Positions 48,983 through 59,370 of a stretch of 64,000 nucleotides of DNA are shown here, piece after piece. Position 1 is the stretch's first letter. The number at the start of each line of letters is the position of its first letter. A model generated the notes under the pieces. It saw only the letters and a program-made list of their open reading frames with translations. It searched no databases and had not been told where the DNA came from. The position numbers and the translations under genes are program-made. Where the stretch lies: positions 1-64,000 of the IMG/VR virus record IMGVR_UViG_3300042895_001344. One strand, 5' to 3'.

Positions 48983-50161
48983 TTAATTTTTAAAATATAA
49001 TGATGCTGCAGTTGATGATGATCCCCATTGTACGCTACCAGCAGACGCTGCGGAGTTACCCGTCCACGGATGTAAATTTGTATACCAAGATGACGCACCT
49101 ACCGTCCAACATATTGGATATCCAGCACTTGATGTTTTAGTTCCCAACAATAAAGTGCTACCTGAACCAACTGGTGAATTGTGATCACTTATCCATATTG
49201 AAGTTGTATGAGCACATCTACTTTGTTCTGTTGGGACATACCGATATCCATAATCCCATGTACCGTCATTTGCGGCATCAACATAAATGTCATATGGTTG
49301 TGATGTAGTTGGTAGTGCATCTGTACCCCAATTAGGTAATGATGAAAAGATTATTTTTAATGCACCCGCACCATAGTTCATAAGTGGATCCGCACTACCG
49401 GTAACTCTCCATAATGTTGTAAGTGAACTTTTTAAAATATTAATATCTGTACTTGGTATTTTTCCTGCAGATAAACCAATTTGACTTGACGTCCAAGAAC
49501 CACCAGCATTTACACCTCCAGCACCTGATAAATCAGTTGTATTATACCATTGAACTGCTTTAACCCATGGACCATCTGGTTTATCAAAGATAATATACGC
49601 TTGAAATGCTGTGTTAGAACCTGATACAAATTTTAACCAATAAACACCATTTGGTGCCGCCGGATTAAGTGCTTTTATCACACTTGCAGAAGGTGCCGCA
49701 GTTTCAGCAGATGAACCATTTAATGCTGACATATAAATCCAATCGGTTCCTGTATAAACTTCAGCTAACCCAACACTTGTGTTAAATCTAACCATACCTG
49801 ACAATGGTGATGATGGTCTTTGACCTGTTGTTCCTTTTGGTAACGTTAATGATCCCGTACCAGATAAAATCATATCTCCATTAAAATTAGAACTACCGTC
49901 AGAATGGCAAAGATTTATTTTAGCTAGTCCTCCTCCAATAAATGCGGTGGAATTGGCTTTCACATCAACTGCACCTGCAACTGTTAATGTTGTATCAATA
50001 TTTCTATTATAAATTCCCCAAATTGCAGCATCACCCCAATTCATTAACCAACAATCATTATTATTATCATTTGATTTAATAATTGCATTATCAACTGATG
50101 TGTTTCCAACATAAGTTTGAACGTTTGCCCCTGAACCTAAATGTGATGAGTTTACTCCCAT
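48983..50161 (-). CDS. Fibre protein with GTTGQRP module and fibrinogen-like C-terminal domain
   Basis: GTTGQRP..GMVRFN; AAPSA..I..NP.APNGVYWLK..GPW. Confidence 0.6.
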   Translation of the reverse strand: MGVNSSHLGSGANVQTYVGNTSVDNAIIKSNDNNNDCWLMNWGDAAIWGIYNRNIDTTLTVAGAVDVKANSTAFIGGGLAKINLCHSDGSSNFNGDMILSGTGSLTLPKGTTGQRPSSPLSGMVRFNTSVGLAEVYTGTDWIYMSALNGSSAETAAPSASVIKALNPAAPNGVYWLKFVSGSNTAFQAYIIFDKPDGPWVKAVQWYNTTDLSGAGGVNAGGSWTSSQIGLSAGKIPSTDINILKSSLTTLWRVTGSADPLMNYGAGALKIIFSSLPNWGTDALPTTSQPYDIYVDAANDGTWDYGYRYVPTEQSRCAHTTSIWISDHNSPVGSGSTLLLGTKTSSAGYPICWTVGASSWYTNLHPWTGNSAASAGSVQWGSSSTAASLYFKN

Positions 50162-50164
50162 CTC

Positions 50165-53100
50165 TTATGATTTTTTAGGTGTTGCAATATTAGGGTTAAC
50201 TTCAGTTAAAGCAAACTTATATACTTTACCCTTCTTATTATTATATAAGAATAAATCATCTTCACCTTCCACTATTGTCCAATCACCAATTCCGTTGTTT
50301 AAGGATAAATCCGACGTATAAACTGTACTCCAACGATATGTTGCCGAACCTAAATCTCTTGTTCCATTTGCTTCAGGTAAAACGTTACCTGCTACCGTTA
50401 ATGTTGAACCGTCAAATGTTAAATTGGCTTCAGCATTTAATGTAACTCCACCGGCACTTGTCATTATTCTATTGTCAACAGCATTTGTAATTGTTGTTGT
50501 ACCACTGGAACCTGAAGAACCGTTACTACCACTAGAACCTGATGTTCCTGAACTACCGTTAGAACCTGAAGAACCACTAGTTCCTGATGACCCTGAACTA
50601 CCCGATGTTCCACTAGAACCTGATGAACCGTTAGATCCACTAGAACCTGATGTACCACTAGACCCTGAAGAACCATTTGAACCTGATGTTCCTGAAGATC
50701 CACTAGTACCTGATGTTGCTGCAGTATATGATGTTCCGTTTATTGATAATGAACCAGTTATACTTAAACTACCTGTAACTTGATGTGTGTCATCTAATGT
50801 ATCACCAAATTTTGTTGATCCTGAAGAATACATAACAGATGATGTAACATATGTCATGAAAAGTTCGTCAGCCGTAATTGCCCCTTTAACTTTTAATGAA
50901 CCTGTAATCTCAACATTTTTAGTTGCCGACCATATAGACCCTGTTTGTGCGAATATTGAATCTCCCGATGAACCACTTGAACCATTGGAACCTGAACTAC
51001 CTGATGTTCCACTTGATCCTGAAGTACCTGAAGTACCGCCTGATCCAGATGATCCTGATCCACCGCTAGAACCTGATGTACCTGATGTTGCGGACGTATA
51101 TGATAGACCACCAATTGTAACTCCATTTGTAAAATTAGCTGAACCCGATACGATAATATCGTCACCAAAAACAACACTATTACCACCTGAACTTAATATT
51201 TTAGATCCGTCTTGTAGTACAATATTTCCTCTAACATCAACCGAACCCGTCGTTGGGTCAATTAATATATTACCTCCACCCGATGACTTTAATTGAATAT
51301 CTCCATCCACAGTTTGGAATGTGATTGTATCTGTACCTTGTTCTAAAATCTTAATTGATTGACCGTTGTCGGTTGTAATCTGTAATTCTTGGTTTGTACT
51401 ACCTAAAACTTTTTGTCCGTCAATGTATAATGATGCACTTGATAAGTATAAGTGTCTAAATGGATTTGACTCACTACCCAAATCAAATGAACCACTACCT
51501 ACAGGTACAATTGACCCACTGAATGTTTGAGTTCCTTTAAACGTATTTGAACCTGTGATTGCAAAACCTAAATTTGTTCCTTGAACACTTGAACTTACAA
51601 TATTACTACTTAATAGAGCTGAAGATAAATCCACCGCTCCACTAACCATATGTCCACCTCTAACTACATTCACACTACCTGAAACTGCAAGTGGGAAATA
51701 AACATTAAGATTATTATTATCAACAGATTCTATTCTACTTGGTATGATTATACTTCTACTATCGTCCCAAACCGTAACAACAGGGAAATCAATACCTAAA
51801 TTGTGGAATACCGACCATGTTGCTAATGATGCGAATGTTTGTGTTGCTCCACCTATTCCATCTCTACCACTTGTTCCTGATGTACCTGAAGTACCACCTG
51901 AACCTGATGAACCCGAACCACCACTGGTTCCTGAAGAACCATTAATACCACTTGTTCCTGAAGAACCATTAATACCACTAGTTCCTGATGAACCACTAGT
52001 TCCAGATGAACCACTTGTACCTGATGTACCCGCAGTTCCCGCTCCACCTACAGTTACACTTATTGTTCCCTCTTGTGCAAATGGGAAATATACACTTATA
52101 TTATTTGTGTCTGTTGAAATTATTTCACTTGGGATTACAATACGTCCGTCATTATCAAATACTTGAACTGATGGATATCTAACACCCATTTGGTGATTAA
52201 ATGACCATGTGGCTGCTGCAACACTAACGTTTTGTGTTTTTGTTTGTCCATTTAATACAACGGCGTTTAAAGCATGTGATGCCGTTAATGCGTATGATGA
52301 ACTTGCAATTGTTGTTGTTGAACTTGATACGTATGAATTAAACCATGACTCATCTAACTTACCTGTTCCAACAACTGCACCATTAACGTATAATGATCCA
52401 GTAATCTTTACAGATCCAGTAAAATTATGATTATCGTCAAATGTATTACCAAATGCTGTTGAACCTGATTCAAATAATACTGAAGACGTAACTAATGCCG
52501 TATGAATTTCTTTTGCTGTAAGTGTTCCTGTAATTGTTAAATCACCATTTACTTTAGCATTATTTGTGGTTTCCCAAACCGAACCTGTTAAAGCAAATAA
52601 ACTATCTCCTGATGAACCTGATGAACCACTTGTTCCTGTTGTACCACTTGATCCTGCAGTACCTGAAGAACCTGCAGTTCCTGAAGAACCACTAGATCCT
52701 GATGTACCTGATGAACCGTTACTTCCACTAGTTCCTGATGAACCTGAAGTTCCTGTGGATCCACTAGACCCTGATGTTCCACTTGTTCCATTACTACCTG
52801 ATGTTCCTGAAGAACCATTACTACCGCTAGATCCTGATGTTCCACTGCTACCTGATGAACCATTAGATCCACTAGAACCTGACGTACCTGAAGTACCTGA
52901 TGATCCATTACTACCGCTAGATCCTGATGTTCCTGAACTACCTGAAGAACCACTAGTTCCTGTAGAACCGCTAGATCCTGATGTTCCTGAACTACCTGAA
53001 GAACCTGACGTTCCAGAAGAACCATTACTACCCGATGTTCCTGATGAACCATTAGATCCTGAAGTTCCACTAGAACCACTTGTACCACTCGTTCCCGATG

Positions 53101-53692
53101 TTGTGGACGTATATTCGGTTCCATTTATATTAAATGAACCTGTTAAATTAATTGAACCTGATAAAATTAAATTATTGTTTTCATCAAGTAACATTTGTCT
53201 GTTACCATTTCTACTGAAAACTAAACCATCAATATCAGTTGTTGCACCTCTTGCAGCACCTATCGTCCAATTCTCTCCACTCCAATTAAAACGAACACCC
53301 GATGCAACTCTATTTGGTGTGTTAAATCCTGCTGCATTATAAATTGAACTATCAGGAACAAATGCTTGAACATTTGCAACGGGGTCCGAACCTGATACTA
53401 CTAATGATGTTAATGATGTATTCCCTAAAACTCTTAAAGAACCTGACGTATTTAAAGATCCTGTAATATTTTCTGTTCCAATTAAATTGAAACTACCACT
53501 AAGATTTAATGAACCTGTGTTCTGAGCATTTGTAGTAACTATTTCCTCAATAGAGGTAGAAGCCGATCCTGATTTGGCAAAGTATAATTTACCGTCGGTT
53601 GTGTTTATTGCTATTTCCCCTAATTGTAATTGGGAGTTAGTAGGTCTATTCCCACCAGTGGAACTTCTACGTAGTTTTACTATTTGACTCAT
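50165..53692 (-). CDS. Long tail fibre-like protein with Gly-Ser/Thr-Ser repeat stalks
   Basis: N-terminal KLRRS...LGEIAINTTDGKLY; four G-x-x repeat blocks; C-terminal DLGSATYRWSTVY..WTIVEG. Confidence 0.8.
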   Translation of the reverse strand: MSQIVKLRRSSTGGNRPTNSQLQLGEIAINTTDGKLYFAKSGSASTSIEEIVTTNAQNTGSLNLSGSFNLIGTENITGSLNTSGSLRVLGNTSLTSLVVSGSDPVANVQAFVPDSSIYNAAGFNTPNRVASGVRFNWSGENWTIGAARGATTDIDGLVFSRNGNRQMLLDENNNLILSGSINLTGSFNINGTEYTSTTSGTSGTSGSSGTSGSNGSSGTSGSNGSSGTSGSSGSSGTSGSSGSTGTSGSSGSSGTSGSSGSNGSSGTSGTSGSSGSNGSSGSSGTSGSSGSNGSSGTSGSNGTSGTSGSSGSTGTSGSSGTSGSNGSSGTSGSSGSSGTAGSSGTAGSSGTTGTSGSSGSSGDSLFALTGSVWETTNNAKVNGDLTITGTLTAKEIHTALVTSSVLFESGSTAFGNTFDDNHNFTGSVKITGSLYVNGAVVGTGKLDESWFNSYVSSSTTTIASSSYALTASHALNAVVLNGQTKTQNVSVAAATWSFNHQMGVRYPSVQVFDNDGRIVIPSEIISTDTNNISVYFPFAQEGTISVTVGGAGTAGTSGTSGSSGTSGSSGTSGINGSSGTSGINGSSGTSGGSGSSGSGGTSGTSGTSGRDGIGGATQTFASLATWSVFHNLGIDFPVVTVWDDSRSIIIPSRIESVDNNNLNVYFPLAVSGSVNVVRGGHMVSGAVDLSSALLSSNIVSSSVQGTNLGFAITGSNTFKGTQTFSGSIVPVGSGSFDLGSESNPFRHLYLSSASLYIDGQKVLGSTNQELQITTDNGQSIKILEQGTDTITFQTVDGDIQLKSSGGGNILIDPTTGSVDVRGNIVLQDGSKILSSGGNSVVFGDDIIVSGSANFTNGVTIGGLSYTSATSGTSGSSGGSGSSGSGGTSGTSGSSGTSGSSGSNGSSGSSGDSIFAQTGSIWSATKNVEITGSLKVKGAITADELFMTYVTSSVMYSSGSTKFGDTLDDTHQVTGSLSITGSLSINGTSYTAATSGTSGSSGTSGSNGSSGSSGTSGSSGSNGSSGSSGTSGSSGSSGTSGSSGSNGSSGTSGSSGSNGSSGSSGTTTITNAVDNRIMTSAGGVTLNAEANLTFDGSTLTVAGNVLPEANGTRDLGSATYRWSTVYTSDLSLNNGIGDWTIVEGEDDLFLYNNKKGKVYKFALTEVNPNIATPKKS

Positions 53693-53713
53693 ATATATGT
53701 GTTCTAAATCCTT

Positions 53714-53750
53714 GTGATATATATCACGGTTAAAGACCTATGTAGGTCTT
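53714..53750. other. Two adjacent inverted repeats upstream of the fibre gene
   Basis: Perfect palindrome GTGATATATATCAC (53714-53727) and AAGACCTA-TG-TAGGTCTT (53733-53750). Confidence 0.7.
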
Positions 53751-53767
53751 ATGATAAATACTTATAA

Positions 53768-53801
53768 TAAATAAAAAAGGAGACTTTTTATGGTCTCCTT
53801 T
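53768..53801 (-). terminator. Rho-independent terminator
   Basis: Stem AAAGGAGAC/GTCTCCTTT with a U-tract on the minus strand. Confidence 0.75.
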
Positions 53802-53811
53802 GATGTTTTTA

Positions 53812-53979
53812 TTATACATTTTCGATTGAAAGGACCGTTCCTTCCTGTCTTCCAACATATTTGTTTACTTCTATTGTTGTAATGTTTAGTGCCTCTTCTA
53901 TTGAATTACCGATAGCACTACAATTAAATGTTATTTTTTCTTCACCTACTTGATATTCTACTTTAAATTTATGTCTCAT
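53812..53979 (-). CDS. 55-aa hypothetical protein MRHKFKVEYQVGEE...SIENV (not in the ORF track)
   Basis: Clean ATG-TAA ORF between the PT-rich gene and the terminator. Confidence 0.6.
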   Translation of the reverse strand: MRHKFKVEYQVGEEKITFNCSAIGNSIEEALNITTIEVNKYVGRQEGTVLSIENV

Positions 53980-54003
53980 TTTAGTTTATTTTGTTTTATT
54001 TTA

Positions 54004-56880
54004 TTAAGGTGCTTCTGCACAGAATGATTTATTGGATACTATTCCGGTATACGAAATGTTTCCTGAATATGGTGTGGCCCCTACACTATTTAAAGAAAAC
54101 GCATGAGTTTCATTTTCACCGGTATATACTGTTACTAAATTAGGATCTAAAAAGAATTGTTCTACATTAAATGGTTGATCTGCTGTTGCATATACTGTAG
54201 TGTAGAAATCCTGACCGTAATTTTGACAAGCCAAACTCGATGATGTGTAAGATGGTCCTAATTGATAAGCATATGATGTTGCAGGTATTGGTGTTGCGGT
54301 TGGTTCTGCTGTTGGTTCTGCCGTTGGTGGGAATGGTGTTGGTGTTGGTGATTGTGTTGGTACGTTAGTTGGTACGTTTGTTGGTACTACTGTTGGTTCT
54401 GGCGTATTAGTTGGTACTGCTGTTGGTTCTGGTGTATTAGTTGGTACTGCTGTTGGTACTGCTGTTGGTACAGGTGTTGATGTTGCAGGTAATGGTGTTG
54501 GTGTTGCTGTAGGTGCCGCCGGACAAGCTGTACAAGCTGTTTGTGCTGTTCCGGTTTCTGCGGAACCATTTCTAATAAACTCTCTTTCATCTGTACCATT
54601 AGAAACCCAGAATGTGGTGTTATTAGTCATATCACCATACACGTTACCATACAATGTGGATGATAAACCTTTTATTTGAGTTAAGTTACATAATGATGTA
54701 CCCTGTACGGTAATATTAACATTACCATATTCACCACCAGCACATGCTGTTGGTCCGTTAACTAAACTAACAAATCCACTAAACGTAGTTTCAAATGGTG
54801 TTGGTTGTGGTGTTGGTGTTGCAGTTGCTGGTACAGGTGTATTTGTTGGTACTGCTGTTGGTACTGCTGTTGGTACGTTAGTTGGTACTGCGGTTGGTAC
54901 TACTGTTGGTTCTGGTGTAACTGTTGGTGTTGCTGTTGGTACTACTGTTGGTACTACTGTTGGTTCTGGTGTAACTGTTGGTGTTGCTGTTGGTACTACT
55001 GTTGGTTCTGGTGTTGCCGTTGGTCCTGGAATAGCAAGACAATTTGTTAAGCTAATTATCGATCCTAAGTTGTCTGTATCTATTACATATTTATTTTCTT
55101 CATATTCAATTATAAAGTAATTTCCAATTCCAGTAAAATATATACTTGATAATTCCACATCTGTATATAATACATCACCAACATTTAATGTTGAATTTAT
55201 ACTGTAAAATGTAGAATCAACTGTTTGATTTTGACACGCCGTATATGGATCTAAATATGTCCCACCTAAATGTACTCCGTAACTATATAAAGGTATTGGT
55301 GTTGGTGTTGGTGTTTCAGTTGGTGTTGGGGTTGGTGTTGGTGATTCTGCCGCTGAACAACTTACACAAGCATTGGTAAATGTAAATATTCCACTTGTTA
55401 ATACCCCCTCTCTACTGTTTGTTCCATCGGAAAACCATCCTGGTGCATCTCCAGAAAATATATCGGCATCGTATGTTGATAATTCAAATCCTGTTGAGTT
55501 ACATAATGTTGATCCACTAATGAAATTTCCACCTCCTAATATGTTTATATATGTGTTTAAATTATTACATGTTTCGTATGCACCACTGAATCCCATAGAT
55601 AACGTTGGTGGTGTTGGTGTTGGTGTTGGTGTTGACGTTGCTGGTAATGGTGTTGGGGTTGGTGATTCTGTGGGTGCGTTTGTTGGTATTTGTGTACTAG
55701 TTGGTTCTGGTGTTGGTGTTTCAGTTGCTGGTAATGGTGTTGGCGTATCTGTTGGATTTGATGTTGATGTTGGTGTTGGTGTTGGTGTAACATCTGGAGG
55801 TAATCCACTGTTAAAACCAAAACTTTCCCAACTAACTGTATAATTATTTAAACCTGTTCCACTTACTGGCGAAAGTACCTCAATTGTTCCCAAGGTTGTT
55901 CCAGATTGAATTACATCATTATAGTTAATATCTGGATCAGTATAAAAATTACTAGTGAAAGTATTATTAGATGTTAGTAAATTACTTTGGAAAAATCCAC
56001 CATCCGGTATGTTTATTGTTCCTGTGGTGGTTTGTATTGTCAAAGACCATTGAATGATAACATCGTCCGTCACATTATAATCCGAATTTGGTGTAAAATA
56101 TCCTCGTAATTTTCCCGCTGCGGTTTGATAAAAAACAACATTCGCCATAATATTATTTACCGGTAATGGTGTTGATGTTGCGGTAGGTGTTGGTGTTGGT
56201 GTGCTAGTTGGTATTGTTGTACCTGTTATTGTTGGTGTAGGAGTTGGTCCACTTACATTTGTACAATTAACTAAACTATTTATTTCTGCATTTGGTCCTA
56301 CATTTACAACGTATTTATTTACCCCATCTTCAATAATGTTATAATCTTGTCCTGATAAACCAAATATTAAAGTAAGTTCAGAATCACTATATAAGATATG
56401 TCCCGTATTTAACGATGGATATTCTGTGTAAACAGTAGTATTAACTAATCCATTTTGACACGCAATATAAGGTTCAAAATATCCATTGAGATCTATTTGA
56501 TAAGAATATGACACAATTGTTGGTGTAGGTGTTGGAGTACTTGTTGCTGGTATTGGTGTTTCTGTTGGTGTTTCAGTTGGTACTTCTGTTGGTACTCCAC
56601 TTGGTAGTGGTGTACTTGTTGCCGGTACTGGTGTTGGTGTTGCCGTTGCAACAATTACCGTTGGTGTTGGTGTTGCAGTTGCACATGGAATACTAAAAGT
56701 ACAAGTTTGACTAAAACCAGTAAATAATAATGAATAATCTCCCATGTAATTTTCACTTACATAGTCGTAAGGGACAACATGTGACCCTAAGTCAATCGTT
56801 CCACCACTACAAGGTGAAAATGTGATAGTGGCAGTTTGTCCACTATAATTTGTTGTTAATATTCTAATCGATGTTGCCAT
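54004..56880 (-). CDS. Pro/Thr-rich beads-on-a-string protein (putative virion surface protein)
   Basis: Three ACQN-containing domains and two LCN..RE..AC..C domains separated by PT linkers. Confidence 0.7.
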   Translation of the reverse strand: MATSIRILTTNYSGQTATITFSPCSGGTIDLGSHVVPYDYVSENYMGDYSLLFTGFSQTCTFSIPCATATPTPTVIVATATPTPVPATSTPLPSGVPTEVPTETPTETPIPATSTPTPTPTIVSYSYQIDLNGYFEPYIACQNGLVNTTVYTEYPSLNTGHILYSDSELTLIFGLSGQDYNIIEDGVNKYVVNVGPNAEINSLVNCTNVSGPTPTPTITGTTIPTSTPTPTPTATSTPLPVNNIMANVVFYQTAAGKLRGYFTPNSDYNVTDDVIIQWSLTIQTTTGTINIPDGGFFQSNLLTSNNTFTSNFYTDPDINYNDVIQSGTTLGTIEVLSPVSGTGLNNYTVSWESFGFNSGLPPDVTPTPTPTSTSNPTDTPTPLPATETPTPEPTSTQIPTNAPTESPTPTPLPATSTPTPTPTPPTLSMGFSGAYETCNNLNTYINILGGGNFISGSTLCNSTGFELSTYDADIFSGDAPGWFSDGTNSREGVLTSGIFTFTNACVSCSAAESPTPTPTPTETPTPTPIPLYSYGVHLGGTYLDPYTACQNQTVDSTFYSINSTLNVGDVLYTDVELSSIYFTGIGNYFIIEYEENKYVIDTDNLGSIISLTNCLAIPGPTATPEPTVVPTATPTVTPEPTVVPTVVPTATPTVTPEPTVVPTAVPTNVPTAVPTAVPTNTPVPATATPTPQPTPFETTFSGFVSLVNGPTACAGGEYGNVNITVQGTSLCNLTQIKGLSSTLYGNVYGDMTNNTTFWVSNGTDEREFIRNGSAETGTAQTACTACPAAPTATPTPLPATSTPVPTAVPTAVPTNTPEPTAVPTNTPEPTVVPTNVPTNVPTQSPTPTPFPPTAEPTAEPTATPIPATSYAYQLGPSYTSSSLACQNYGQDFYTTVYATADQPFNVEQFFLDPNLVTVYTGENETHAFSLNSVGATPYSGNISYTGIVSNKSFCAEAP

Positions 56881-56885
56881 ATCAA

Positions 56886-56896
56886 TATAAATAGTT
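56886..56896 (-). promoter_or_regulatory. AACTATTTATA putative late promoter
   Basis: 5 nt upstream of the ATG at 56880, just downstream of the terminator. Confidence 0.5.
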
Positions 56897-56905
56897 TATT
56901 TAAAC

Positions 56906-56936
56906 AAAAAAGGAGAACTTTTTATGATCTCCTTTT
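56906..56936 (-). terminator. Rho-independent terminator
   Basis: Stem AAAAGGAGA/TCTCCTTTT; similar to the 53768 and 59319 terminators. Confidence 0.75.
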
Positions 56937-56955
56937 ATTATTTTTATTTGTTGTT

Positions 56956-58788
56956 TTACGCACATTGACCATCAGTTCCATTTATGAATACACCACCTGT
57001 GATGTCCATTACTTGTGAGAATGTTTGTCCACCTGAAGCCGCAATACTTTGTGGTCCGTTAAATGCGGTAGATACTGTTAAACATCCATCAGGAGCAACA
57101 TCGGCTATATGTACAACGACCGTTTGTGAACCTGTTAACGGAACTGTTCCTGAGAACCCATCTCCAGGACTTCTTGGAAACACATCATTTGTTGTAAGTG
57201 ATAAACCTCCAATTATAACACTTGTTATTGCACCACCAAAAAATCCATTACTACCTGTGACTTCAGTTGAAACTGCAGGTTCAGGTGTTGCAGTTGGTGG
57301 GAATGGTGTTGGTGTTGGTGATTGTGTTGGTACGTTAGTTGGTACTTGTGTTGGTTCTGGTGTTGGTGGGAATGGTGTTGGTGTTGGTGATTGTGTTGGT
57401 ACGTTAGTTGGTACTTGTGTTGGTTCTGGTGTATTAGTTGGAACTGCTGTTGGTATTGCTGTTGGAACCGCCGTTGGTATTGCTGTTGGTATTGCTGTTG
57501 GTATTGCTGTTGGTATTGCTGTTGGTTGTGGTGTATTAGTTGGTATTGCTGTTGGTTGTGGTGTATTAGTTGGTACTGCTGTTGGTTGTGGTGTATTAGT
57601 TGGTACTGCTGTTGGTTGTGGTGTATTAGTTGGTACTGCTGTTGGTATTGCTGTTGGTATTGCTGTTGGTATTGCTGTTGGTATTGCTGTTGGTATTGCT
57701 GTTGGAACTGCTGTTGGAACTGCTGTCGGTGGTGGCGTTGGAGGTAACGGTGTACTAGTTGGTACTTGTGTCGGAACTGCTGTTGGTACTACTGTTGGTA
57801 CTACTGTTGGTACCGGTGTTGCTGGTAATGGTGTATCAGTTGGTACCGCTGTTGGTATTGCTGTTGGTATTGCTGTTGGTAAAGGTGTATCAGTTGGTAC
57901 GTTAGTAGGTAAAGGTGTATCAGTTGGTACGTTTGTTGGTACGTTAGTAGGTAAAGGTGTATCAGTTGGTACGTTAGTAGGTAAAGGTGTATCAGTTGGT
58001 ACGTTAGTAGGTAAAGGTGTATCAGTTGGTACGTTAGTAGGTAAAGGTGTATCAGTTGGTACGTTAGTAGGTAAAGGTGTATCAGTTGGTACGTTAGTAG
58101 GTAAAGGTGTTGCCGGTAAAGGTGTTACTGTTGGTGTTGCTGTAGGTTCTGCTGTTGGTTCCGCTGTAGCTGGTAATGGTGTTGCTGTAGGTTCCGCTGT
58201 TGGTATATTTGTTGGTAATGGTGTATCTGTTGGTACCGGTGTTGCCGGTATTGGTGTACTAGTTGGAATATTAGTCGGCTCTATTGTTGGTTCTGGTGTA
58301 CTAGTTGGTACATCTGTTGGTACCGGTGTTGCCGGTATTGGTGTACTAGTTGGTACGTTAGTTGGTAATGGTGTATCAGTTGGTACCGCTGTTGGTATAT
58401 TTGTTGGTTCCGGTGTTGCTGTAGGTACTTGTGTTGGAATATCTGTCGGTGTTGGTGTATCTGTTGGTACAGGTGTTGGTATATCTGTAGGTAATGGTGT
58501 ATCTGTTGGTACAGGTGTTGGTATATCTGTAGGTAATGGTGTTGGTGTGGCGGTTGCAACAATTACCGTTGGTGTCGGTGTTGCGGTTGCACAAGGTATA
58601 CTGAAAGTACATGTTTGACTAAAACCAGTAAAGTATAATGAGTAATCTCCCAAATAGTTATCACTAATATAATTGTATGGAATAACATGTGAACCTAAAT
58701 TGATCGTTCCTCCACTACAGGGTGAAAATGTAATTGTAGCAGTTTCACCACTATAATTTGTTGTTAATATCTGAACCGTTATTGACAT
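56956..58788 (-). CDS. Pro/Thr-rich mucin-like protein; N-terminal paralog of 54004-56880
   Basis: Shared [38 protein letters not shown]-terminus, followed by a long PT tandem array. Confidence 0.7.
   Translation of the reverse strand: MSITVQILTTNYSGETATITFSPCSGGTINLGSHVIPYNYISDNYLGDYSLYFTGFSQTCTFSIPCATATPTPTVIVATATPTPLPTDIPTPVPTDTPLPTDIPTPVPTDTPTPTDIPTQVPTATPEPTNIPTAVPTDTPLPTNVPTSTPIPATPVPTDVPTSTPEPTIEPTNIPTSTPIPATPVPTDTPLPTNIPTAEPTATPLPATAEPTAEPTATPTVTPLPATPLPTNVPTDTPLPTNVPTDTPLPTNVPTDTPLPTNVPTDTPLPTNVPTDTPLPTNVPTNVPTDTPLPTNVPTDTPLPTAIPTAIPTAVPTDTPLPATPVPTVVPTVVPTAVPTQVPTSTPLPPTPPPTAVPTAVPTAIPTAIPTAIPTAIPTAIPTAVPTNTPQPTAVPTNTPQPTAVPTNTPQPTAIPTNTPQPTAIPTAIPTAIPTAIPTAVPTAIPTAVPTNTPEPTQVPTNVPTQSPTPTPFPPTPEPTQVPTNVPTQSPTPTPFPPTATPEPAVSTEVTGSNGFFGGAITSVIIGGLSLTTNDVFPRSPGDGFSGTVPLTGSQTVVVHIADVAPDGCLTVSTAFNGPQSIAASGGQTFSQVMDITGGVFINGTDGQCA
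57445..57720 (-). repeat. Coding tandem repeats: 12-nt (PTAI/PTAV) and 30-nt ([10 protein letters not shown]) units
   Basis: TGCTGTTGGTAT runs and four TGGTACTGCTGTTGGTTGTGGTGTATTAGT-type units. Confidence 0.85.
57878..58110 (-). repeat. Coding 30-nt tandem repeat ([10 protein letters not shown])
   Basis: Five perfect consecutive GGTAAAGGTGTATCAGTTGGTACGTTAGTA copies from 57950, plus flanking copies. Confidence 0.9.
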
Positions 58789-58800
58789 TTTATTTTTATA

Positions 58801-59283
58801 TTAAATTGTTGTTATTTCGTAATTTATATCACATGTTGTATCAAATGGTATTATAATATATGTAATGTCACAAGTCATATCAAATGGTACTACATTATAT
58901 GTAATATCACAAGATGGTACGGATGGTGTTGGTGTTGGTGTACTAGTTGATACTGATGTTGGTTGTGGTGTACTTGTTGCCGGTAATGGTGTAGTGGTAC
59001 TAGTTGGTTGTGGTGTAGGAGTACTTGTTGCCGGTAATGGTGTTTCTGTACTAGTAGGTTGTGGTGTTGGGGTATCGGTTGGATTAGGAGTTGGTGTACT
59101 TGTTGCCGGTAATGGTGTTTCTGTATTTGTTGGTGTAGGTGTTGGTGTTTCTGTTGCCGGTAATGGTGTAGGAGTAGGTGTATTTGTTACAACATTAGTT
59201 GGTGCGGGTGTTGGAGTTGGTGTAAACGTTCCATTGTGAATATTTGGGACTATTTTTAGTCCTCCTGTAAATTGTATTCCCAT
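58801..59283 (-). CDS. Pro/Thr-rich protein with three C-terminal CDI[TN]Y repeats
   Basis: PT stalk followed by CDITY..., CDITY..., CDINY at 13-aa spacing. Confidence 0.65.
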   Translation of the reverse strand: MGIQFTGGLKIVPNIHNGTFTPTPTPAPTNVVTNTPTPTPLPATETPTPTPTNTETPLPATSTPTPNPTDTPTPQPTSTETPLPATSTPTPQPTSTTTPLPATSTPQPTSVSTSTPTPTPSVPSCDITYNVVPFDMTCDITYIIIPFDTTCDINYEITTI

Positions 59284-59290
59284 AGTACTC

Positions 59291-59301
59291 TATAAATAGT
59301 T
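59291..59301 (-). promoter_or_regulatory. AACTATTTATA putative late promoter
   Basis: 7 nt upstream of the ATG at 59283. Confidence 0.5.
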
Positions 59302-59318
59302 TAATTTCTTAATAAGAT

Positions 59319-59352
59319 AAAAAAAAAGGAAGATTTTTTAGGTCTTCCTTTT
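59319..59352 (-). terminator. Rho-independent terminator
   Basis: Stem AAAAGGAAGA/TCTTCCTTTT with a U-tract on the minus strand. Confidence 0.75.
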
Positions 59353-59370
59353 AATTTTTGTTACGTTTTT

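Noticed and set aside
57878-58110. Perfect 30-nt repeats resembling a CRISPR array
   Set aside because: Copies are head-to-tail with no spacers, are in frame inside a CDS, and no cas genes are present.
56886-59298. TATAAATA as T4-type late promoters firing on the + strand
   Set aside because: No credible + strand genes lie downstream; position relative to the starts fits the minus-strand reading TATTTATA.
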